In this document: positions 37,566 to 46,024 of the stretch, piece after piece
How positions within the stretch are numbered: the stretch's first letter is position 1
How the letters are laid out: every line of letters starts with the position of its first letter
Position numbers and translations under genes: made by a program
The notes under the pieces: generated by a model
Told to the model about the DNA's origin: nothing
The model's input: only the letters and a program-made list of their open reading frames with translations
The model's database searches: none
Assembly: GCA_031763465.1 (NCBI GenBank)
Contig: JARFOE010000192.1
Coordinates: 5,119,737-5,165,760 of the forward strand
DNA length: 46,024 bases
Source: Squatina squatina
Taxonomy: Eukaryota
Direction: 5' to 3'

Positions 37566-39214
37566 TTAGAACTGCGGCAATGTAAATGCTAATTGCACTT
37601 GTGTAAGCACATATATACAATATGAAAATGAAACCTTTTCCTATATGTGCCCTTTTGGGTTCTACTTTGCTACTCAGCTGTAAGCAAGCAGTGGTGGGGT
37701 CGTAGGCTTTAGGAGGTGCTCCCAGTTAAGAATTCCCTTCAGAAATGAATGAGAACATTCTTGAAAAATACTAGAGTGAAGCACGCCTTCATACAAGCAC
37801 CACCTCCAGTGCAACAGGCCACAGGAGAAAAGGCATGACTGAGACTATAGGGTTGATCTACTCCCATGCGCCGTGACTGGAGATTAATGAGGCATCAGTT
37901 AAAGCATGAAACCATACAACCTCCAGGAACACGGAGAAGGAATAGGCGAGGGAAATGTTTTTGTCAAAAAGTTATATTAAATAGGAACTGAATTGACTGG
38001 CACGATTTTCAAAATCAATCATCTACATATGTTATATAAATGAATTAGAACTTCTAAAAAGATGACACCAAAAGATTATAAATAGCAATTTATCAGATAT
38101 TATTATATGGACTTCACAGTAGCAGAGCAAGCTGTTGTAATCCTGAAACTGCGAATGAAACTTTACAGCAATGATGGGCCACATTTCCAAGATATAAGGA
38201 ACATACAGTTCCAAATCATTTGTAGCATTCCTCAGCTGAAGAACGGGCAGATGAATTGCATCCAAGTCTCTGTCGATGCTGCTCTGCAATTCTCTGCTTT
38301 AATGTATGCAACAATTCGCCAAAGTCTTTCCTTCACTATTTAGTCCCACCGCCTGCCGGGAAAGGCCTGTTCTCTATTCAGTGCGTTCCCCGACCACCTC
38401 CTCCGGACCCCGCTGCCAAAATCGGTGGCCAAAGATGTTATGCTTGAGATGAAAATCATTCTATTTTTATACACTACTTTACAGCATATCTTGGCACTGT
38501 TTTATTTGCTTTGGAAATAGGCTCAGGAATTAGACTATACAAAATGCAGATTTTCTCTAAGCATATTCAAGAGCTTGTGTATTTGATAAAGCAGAGTTAA
38601 AGAACGAAATAATGGCCCTTGGATGACAGAATGATCAGAGGCCAGAGACATGTAGGATATAATCTGTGAAAATAGGAATGGAGTCCCTTCCTCTTCCAGT
38701 TTCCAAACAACTAAAACTGTTCTGATCCTAAAAGGGAGGAAAGCTGTGCCAAAGATTATGAAAGAAAGTAGACTGGAATTTCTAAAGGCAACTTGTAAAG
38801 TGCCAAGTATTGTCAACAGGAAAATAAAGTGATTGTAATATACCATTAGCAATCAGCACTAAATGTCAGTGAACAAAAGAGAAGTGCCTTCGTGCAGATT
38901 TGAAAACTAATGTAACAATGTGCGGATAGCATTTTAAAATATTTCCACGAGTTATTCCAGATCAGCAAAACAAGTCCAATTTATTGATTTGATTGTATAA
39001 AATGATTGCATAAAATTGGTACTTAATGTAACATGACAAAATGGTAAAAATTGATTAAGTTGATGTTATGATTTTTGGGCTGCACCAGATATTTCTCACG
39101 TTCAGCAACAAGGACCAAACTTGCAGCAAGCCTTCACTCCCTATCAACTCAAGTGTGACGGTTAGGAAAGAGTCTCATCTCTGCTCAGGACTGCCACCAT
39201 ACCCTTATTTTTTT

Positions 39215-39400
39215 ACATAAGAACATGAGAAACATAGAAAAGGAGGAGCAGGAGTAGGCCATTTGGCCCCTTGAGCCTGCTGCGCCATTCAATGAGATCA
39301 TGGCTGATCTTCTACCTCAACTCCACTTGCCTGCACTATCCCCATATCCTTTCATTTCCTTAATATCCAATATCGATCGCATTCTTGAATATACAGGTGC
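39215..39400 (-). mobile_element. CR1 LINE 3' tail
   Basis: cataagaacat...ggagcaggagtaggccatt...ccattcaatgagatcatggctgatc is the reverse complement of the tail at 2545-2664. Confidence 0.8.
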
Positions 39401-40304
39401 NNNNNNNNNNNNNNNNNNNNNNNNNNNNNNNNNNNNNNNNNNNNNNNNNNNNNNNNNNNNNNNNNNNNNNNNNNNNNNNNNNNNNNNNNNNNNNNNNNNN
39501 TTAACATCAATCTATATAAGGCAAGAATAACTTGTTTTAACTTATACTCAAATGCCCTTGAGGTACATCCTAGGATTTGATTAGCCTCATTAACTTAAGC
39601 TTCATATTGACTGAAAACGTAGCGAATGATCAATAATTGCAAATCGTTTACATTCTCCATCTTTGCCAATAGACACACTTCACCATATACACCTATTTCA
39701 TTTTTCCATCTCCTTCCCTTTATCTTATTAAAATTAATTTCCAATTCCTTAGCCGGTCTACTTAACTAGTCCAGATTTCTTTGAATGCTCTGCATGTGTG
39801 TCACATGACTTCCGGAATCAAAGAAATGTTCCAGTTCCATAAATGATCTGCCATCATATATGAAAGTATTTCAGTTACTTATTTGTTCACAATAATTCTT
39901 CAGCTGATGACGGGCCAGTCTGACCTGTGGATTCATTTCTGCTCAGTATTGCCAAACAGAAGGACTGCTTTGTGAGACGGGATAGGTCCTTCTGTTAATC
40001 TTTCTTCTCCTGGGTTGCAACACTGCTCTATTACAAAGTGATCCAACCAAGAACTGGCAACATTTGTCCAAAAAGACCAGTTGTGTTTGGATATCAGTAA
40101 AATCTTGGCTTTGAACTGGAGCCCTCTGAATGGCAACATAACACATACAAATCTTGTGCAAACTTCAAGGGAAGTCAAACACATCAGTTAGCATTCCAGA
40201 TGACTTATACTGAAAATAAATAAAAAAGAATGACATTTAGGAAGAACATACATCCTTACAGTAAATAATCTCTTTAATCCCTGGTGTCAGATCATTTGCC
40301 ATAC

Positions 40305-40703
40305 CTTCATAGTTTATTGAACAAAGATCATTTGTGGTGCCATGAATTTTCCACCTGCTCCACAGTCCACTTCCTTGGTAAAGCATGATATTCTGCTTTC
40401 CATTTCCATAGTTGAAGTAGAGATCAGCTTCCTGGATGCTCAGCAGTGTGTCATTCCTGCATCTCCATCTCTGCAGATCACTGGTTTCATTGCATGGATA
40501 GAGAGTTACTATCGCCCTGTTTACCTTGCTGGGAACTCCAAGGCACAGTTTGAACTTGATGCTCATGAGTCTCTGGCCAGAAACCCATCTAAACTTCTGT
40601 GACTCCGCAACGGTGTTACACACATTTGTAACCACAGATTGTTCCCTTTTTGCCTCCACGCACTTATTGTGATCTTGATTGTATATTAGAAAGACGTTAG
40701 GAT
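40305..40703 (-). CDS. MRC1: MRC1 exon 2, cysteine-rich ricin-B domain
   Basis: [16 protein letters not shown]...QKFRWVS...LYFNYGN...[21 protein letters not shown]. Acceptor ttccag, donor G|GTATGG, 399 nt, phase 1-1, open frame. Confidence 0.95.
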
Positions 40704-41981
40704 CTGGAACACAAGCAGGAAGAATGGTTATGTTTCTCTTCATGTCTCATGACTGCATAGCTGCACCACTAATAGTTCACTGGTGACTTATGATTCGAAC
40801 TGGGCAAGATGAAAAATGTCCATGTTTAACTCTTCCCCTCGAAGTAAAATGGCATCTTTCCCTGTATCACATCACCAACTAACCCAAATCAAGACTAATG
40901 TCTGAGGTTTATTAATATAATTTAACTGCAGCAGTTCAATCATTTATCCACCCAGAAATTTCAGCAGTTTTCATTACTTTCACGGTGATTTCACAGGGAC
41001 ATTGGACAAGATGAATAAAGTATGTCAACACTACCAGATGTTTGATGAAATGCTGTCAGCTAATCATTTCAACTGCCCACTGCTGACTTTTGCCAAGATC
41101 TTGGACAGGTTGTTGATACATTTCAACCATTTTGTGCCATTCCACTTAAAACTCCTGCCTGATTCTAGTTAACATCCAATCAAGTATGATAATGAGAGGA
41201 AACATTATCATCTTATATAATTAAAACACATATTTTTCAAGCCTTCTTTAAAATCCCATCTGTCAAATTAAAGCATTGTTTTGGTATCCTTTTGTTTTCT
41301 TCTGATTTCCAGAGAGTGAGTGATAAACACTTCATTTCGGTAATATGCATTCTTTTATGTTTTTGCATATGCAGAAACAATAGTAATCTGAAATCAAGCC
41401 AGATATTTTCTTCATTTTAGCATAAAGCTCTGTTAAAAATACAGTTTTATTAAATGCAATCTCCCCCTTCATTAATGGAACTCTGCTCAATGAGGTGTAT
41501 CATTGTGCTTAAATCGCCTTGACTATAGTCAGTATAAATACTATATTCTGAACATTATCTGAAGTCGGCATCTGGAAAAAGGCGACTTCCACTGAATAAA
41601 CATTCTTTGGCTCCATTAGATAATAGTAAATGGAACCACCTTGTGAAAAGTAGAGAGCATAAAATGTTTGCATGGACTTTTACACAGAGCAAAACTGACT
41701 AAAAATGAACTAAGGCAAGCAAAAACTTGTTGCATAATGAATAATTATAGAATCATAGAAGTTTATAGCACAAAAGGATACCATTCAGTGCAATGCATTT
41801 GAGTCAGCTCTCTGCAACAGCCATCCAATTGGTAAGAGTGTTAATATTGAGACATATAAAGCAAGCTTTGAGCTAAAGTTGTTGCCTGCTACAATATGCA
41901 GGAACCTTCAGGTTCAAACGCTTCAATGAGATATAGTAAACAGCACCACAAGGAAAAAACTCCATAAATTAAGTAACTTAC

Positions 41982-42048
41982 CTCCACATGTGATGGTTTG
42001 GATAAAACAAAGAAAAGCAACAAACAGAATTCCAGGCATCATAGGCAT
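41982..42048 (-). CDS. MRC1: MRC1 exon 1, signal peptide MPMMPGILFVAFLCFIQTITCG
   Basis: ATG at 42048, hydrophobic 22 aa, 67 nt ending at G|GTAAGT (phase 1). Joins the next exon in frame (G+AT = Asp). Confidence 0.85.
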
Positions 42049-42192
42049 TTCATTATTTTTTGTAAAGATGGCCGGGTTTTAAATTATCTTACTTTCCCGA
42101 AAAAGGTAGTTAGTGATAAAGGAAACTCCTAATTAAATGTGCTCCTCCTAGCAGAGACTGAGCTGATAAGTACAGATGCCCAAGTAGAATAT

Positions 42193-42208
42193 CCTGTCAT
42201 GTGACAGG
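42193..42208. promoter_or_regulatory. M-box/CLEAR-like E-box GTCATGTGAC within a palindrome, putative MRC1 proximal promoter
   Basis: CCTGTCA-TG-TGACAGG about 150 bp upstream of the MRC1 ATG. A GATA site (TGATAAG) and GGAA cores lie nearby. Confidence 0.4.
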
Positions 42209-42526
42209 CAGTCAATAACAGGAATCCAGTCCAGAAAATTTGCTTTCATGAGCTTTGTTTCATATTGACATTTCTCTTCCTTTACACTGACACAGGGGAT
42301 GAGATACGGATCATTTTAACAACAAAATTTGTTGGATTTTTAAACTTTTTTCGGATGACTGATTTATAGGAAGGACATTGTAACACTGCTGATTCCTCTG
42401 GTTTTCCAGTTCCACACGATTTTCACAACAATCGAAAAAAAGACTGCACCAAAGTGAAATTAAACTTCATTCCAGACCTGTGGTATATAGTGCAATGAGA
42501 AATTATAAAACCAGTTAGACATAAAA

Positions 42527-42805
42527 ACCAAGATTTTCCTCTCTGGTGGCAGTGCCTCTGGAAGTGTGGTATGTTACTGTCACTACAAAATTTTCCAGTG
42601 TCAACGTCATTTAAATGTTCTACGTGGGCTCCTGTATTATGTCACCATGTCATTAAAACCTTGTTTGAACACACTTCGCCATATTTGGACAGGCACATCC
42701 AACCTGCGGCAAAAAAGATGCCAGATAATCTACCAGGTGCACAAATAGGCGAGAATCTGGTGTAACAGGTCCATCCAAGTACTGCCTGAAGAGGAAAATC
42801 CACCC
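42527..42805. mobile_element. Non-autonomous Harbinger-like MITE
   Basis: Ends gattttcctct...ggcagt and actgcc...agaggaaaatccaccc; the same TIR motif occurs at 31811. Confidence 0.55.
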
Positions 42806-43399
42806 TTTTAAGACAGCTTTATAGCATTGATTCTGTTAAGATTGCATCACACCAATATGTCCCATTTTTAGCTTCCCTGGAATTAGTGAAAATTGAAACT
42901 ATTTTATCAATATTAGTTGCACTCTCAATATCTTTGCAATTTATGCATTGAAACAGTTCACTTAATCTAGGAAATGTATAAGCTTATTGTAATGCAACCA
43001 ATAAATGTGCTAAATGAGTCGAGAGGTCGTGTTTCTGTGAAATTTCAATTTTTACTCATAAAACAAAAGGAAGCACCTTTTGGAATAAAATTACACCTCA
43101 TAAATCTACAAAAGGAAGCCAAAGTTTGGATTGCTATTATTCAATAAGTTAACAGATGCTCATAAGGATGCAAGGTTCCATCAGGTTAATGGAAGCATGA
43201 AAAGCTCATTTGTAAATTGGAATGCAACCGAAAATTGAGAATACCAGCTAGATAATGAAGGTTGCTTAGCAATGTCTGAAAAAGCCTGAAAGTATTGTTG
43301 CTTTTTTGTACAGATTGATGTTCAGTGATCGCTCCACCTCCTCATCTGAGGCTGCTGAGGAATCCAGTATGTTGTACAATAGTTCACATGCCCGCTATT

Positions 43400-45078
43400 C
43401 TGATGGCTTAGCTGAGTGAATCATTGTTTGGAGGTAACCTTGTTGGTTGGGAGGTAGGAGNNNNNNNNNNNNNNNNNNNNNNNNNNNNNNNNNNNNNNNN
43501 NNNNNNNNNNNNNNNNNNNNNNNNNNNNNNNNNNNNNNNNNNNNNNNNNNNNNNNNNNNNCTCATGTTGGAGATGGAGCCCTCTATTCTCTGTAAATTTG
43601 CACATTTCGCAGCTGCAAAAGCTGCCAGAGCTTCGTGCAATTGCTGCTGCCCCTCCAAAACCACCCTCTTTCTAAATGGCCCTCAGCACCTGCATGCAGC
43701 TGAGCAGAGTTGGGAGTGTCCTGCACCCTCTGGTGAGGACTCTCCACTGTTGACCCTGTCTCTATCATCTCCTCTTGTTCACTTGTGATCTGTGAGACAC
43801 CAGGTGAAAGCATTATTCTATGTCTCACTGGATCCACCGAGGTGCACACATCTGCGCTGGTGCTCGGTACTCATGGGTCTGGTGATGGAGCACCCTCAGA
43901 GACTGGAGCATCCTCTGAATTGGAAATGTAATGACAAGAATGTGTGAAGTTGCTATTGTGCACATGAGTATATTTTGCTGGCTGCTAGCATCAAGTCACC
44001 ATGAGTGACTGTTGTATGCGATGTGGCTTTATGATACTTAATTCTGTCACCAGGTTGCTGGGAGGTCCCCCTCTCTCCCACCGCTAGCAGCTCTGTAACT
44101 CCAGTAATTTGCAGCACATCCTCCTCTGCTGGAGTCAAGTTGATGTAAATTGGAGGGCCACCTCCACTTCATTGCCTCTCTCAGATGATCTGGGCTCGCT
44201 TCTACTGCAAGGAGGGAAAGGTGAGAACTTTGAGTGAGAGTGATGAAATAAGTGCAAGGAATGCATGGGCTACATCTGTGGAGGTTGAATATGAGGGAAT
44301 GGTGTGACATTGACAAATGGCCTCCTTCTGTGGCATTACTACCTATAATTGCAATGGATGAGGGTGAGTGTCAGGGGTAATTAGTCAGACAGCGATGTGA
44401 GTAGTGAAGGATGGGTGCACCTTGCAAGCTAGGTCAGTGTGAGGACCAGTGAGCATGAGTTGGCTTGGGAAGGCAGTGTGATGGGTTTAGGCAGACACAC
44501 ACCTCAGGATTTGGTTGAATGTGGCATTGTACTCACCTTTTCTGACCTCATGAAATCATTAAATCTTTTGCGGCACTGGATCAAGGACTGCTTCATGATA
44601 TCCCCGCTGCTGACCTCTCCAGGATCTCCAGCTATGCCCTCTTGGTGTCTCTGGCTGGTCTTGTGGCCATCCGCAGGGAGGAGGACCTCCCTGCGTGCTC
44701 TGACTCCATCGACCAGCACTTCCAGGGAGGCATCGGTGAATCTGGGCGCAGCCTTCTGTCAGTGCGCTTCCATGACCCACACAAATCTCAGTGATATCCA
44801 GCAATTTCCACATCTCCCAGACTTCTTTATCTCTCCGCCAACAACCTTCAACTGAGGTGTGTGCAAGGTTGCCTTAAATATCTTTGCTGAAAACGAGTCA
44901 TCGGTGAGATCAGCAGATCCACTCCATTTAATTGGGCCAGGAAACTCACCTGACTGTTTTGATTGAATTAATTGAGTTGAACGCACAGCGCAGAACATGC
45001 TGTTAATAAATTTGTGATGGCGCCCCGCTACGCAGCCCTTACGCACCTGCTCTGATACTCAGGTAAAGATTCTCGCCC
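43400..45078 (-). mobile_element. Harbinger element carrying a decayed, intron-containing Myb/SANT (NAIF1-like) gene
   Basis: Exon 44773-44537: MEAH*QKAAPRFTDASLEVLVDGVRARREVL...IQCRKRFNDFMRSEK|gtgagt. Exon 44204-~44051: *KRAQII*ERQ*SGGGPP...LTPAEEDVLQITG. TIR-like gggcgagaatct ends at 45078. Confidence 0.8.
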
Positions 45079-46024
45079 GAGCGACCATGGGCAAATTACT
45101 AGCTTCAAAGTAAAATTTTACCTTATTTAAACCAGTTGATGTTTTAAATACTTGACTCGGGTCCCCTTAACTGTCTTATTTTGTCCCTGAGCTGCTACAG
45201 TCACCGATATTGCCTGGTTAATTTTTTCACCATTCAGTTCATTTAACCTTTACATATTTTACAAGTACTGCAGTTAATAACCACAAGCAATGAAATTTTC
45301 CCTCTTGTGTCTTATGGTAAGTTGTCAATTTCACTAAGGCCACCCATTAGCACTGGGAGAAATACAGGTTGCTATTTTAAACAAGACCAAATCACGCAAG
45401 TTAACTTGCAGTTCCTTACCATCAATTTTTCCAGTCAGCTGCCATTTACGGAGGTTTTCAATGATGCTCACGAGAATCAGGCATGTTATGACCAGGGACA
45501 CAGGAAGATCTGAGAAAGTTTTGAATTGGAGTAAGGATAAGCCGCGCTGTAACCTTTTGAAAAGGGAATGACAAATCAGCACAATGTATTGAAGCAGTTG
45601 TAATCCCCCTCTGACTGAGAGCCATTTCTGTATTAATGATGATGTAATCTGCTTTCAGTTCGAGCTTTGGTTTTAAAGTTGGTCTGTTATCTATGCCAGA
45701 ATAGCACATAGAATCTTACGCTTTTCTAAAATGGGCAAGATTTAGGCGTTGAAATTGGATATGGCTTGAAAACGGCCAGTGTCATACGCTATTTAGCTGC
45801 GCCAAGTCAAGCTGATCTAAGTAACACGCAAAATTTGTACTGCTGTTCATTGAATTCCCGCTCAACAGGTGGGCCAATCTCGAGCGCAGTCTAATTCCCA
45901 GCCATCTTTGGCCAAGGCTTTGCTCAGTTCTTAAAGGAGAGTTGCACTGATGCAACAGCACCTTATTGCCATTCCACGTGTCACTCGACTTGGAAGCACA
46001 CGCAACTACAAAGAGATGCCTGAG

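Larger units (their letters stand above)
28920..42048 (-). other. MRC1: Macrophage mannose receptor 1 (CD206)-like gene span; only 6 exons visible, possibly a pseudogenising paralogue
   Basis: Colinear GT-AG exons encode signal peptide, CysR, CTLD1 part, CTLD2 parts and TM/tail with FDNTLY. Position upstream of SLC39A12 and CACNB2 matches vertebrate synteny. Confidence 0.9.

Noticed and set aside
38032-38343. ORFs between MRC1 exons 2 and 4 as the fibronectin type II exon (also 39933-40184)
   Set aside because: No C.FPF...W...C...WC.TT pattern was found; the FN2 exon is not visible.
39101-39118. REST/NRSE-like TTCAGCAACAAGGACC
   Set aside because: Several mismatches in core positions, and it lies in an MRC1 intron.

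Overview
Gappy vertebrate genomic scaffold with many 100-N placeholder gaps. The repeat content (CR1, L2 and RTE LINEs, SINE tails, Penelope, Harbinger) suggests a cartilaginous fish such as a shark; this is inference. Three genes lie in tandem on the minus strand in the conserved vertebrate order MRC1 -> SLC39A12 -> CACNB2. (1) Macrophage mannose receptor MRC1(-like), 42048->28920: six exons are visible (signal peptide, Cys-rich/ricin domain, first part of CTLD1, two CTLD2 exons, TM/tail). The CTLD1 exon is frameshifted and the last exon has a premature TAG, so this copy may be a decaying paralogue, or the lesions may be assembly errors. (2) Zinc transporter SLC39A12/ZIP12: four exons visible, 25806->20541. 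(3) Two alternative first exons of CACNB2: the palmitoylated beta2a type (MQCCGLGHRRRVQVSY) and a probable beta2b-type exon with an in-frame hydrophobic upstream extension. The rest is intronic or intergenic DNA with decayed LINEs and SINEs, a decayed PIF/Harbinger system (transposase, Myb/SANT partner gene, MITEs), a Penelope-associated ~170-bp palindrome with two divergent hammerhead-ribozyme-like cores, and a 17-bp minisatellite. Most missing exons probably lie in gaps. Orthologue comparisons are from recall, not computed alignments. I see no prokaryotic features and no clearly new biological system.
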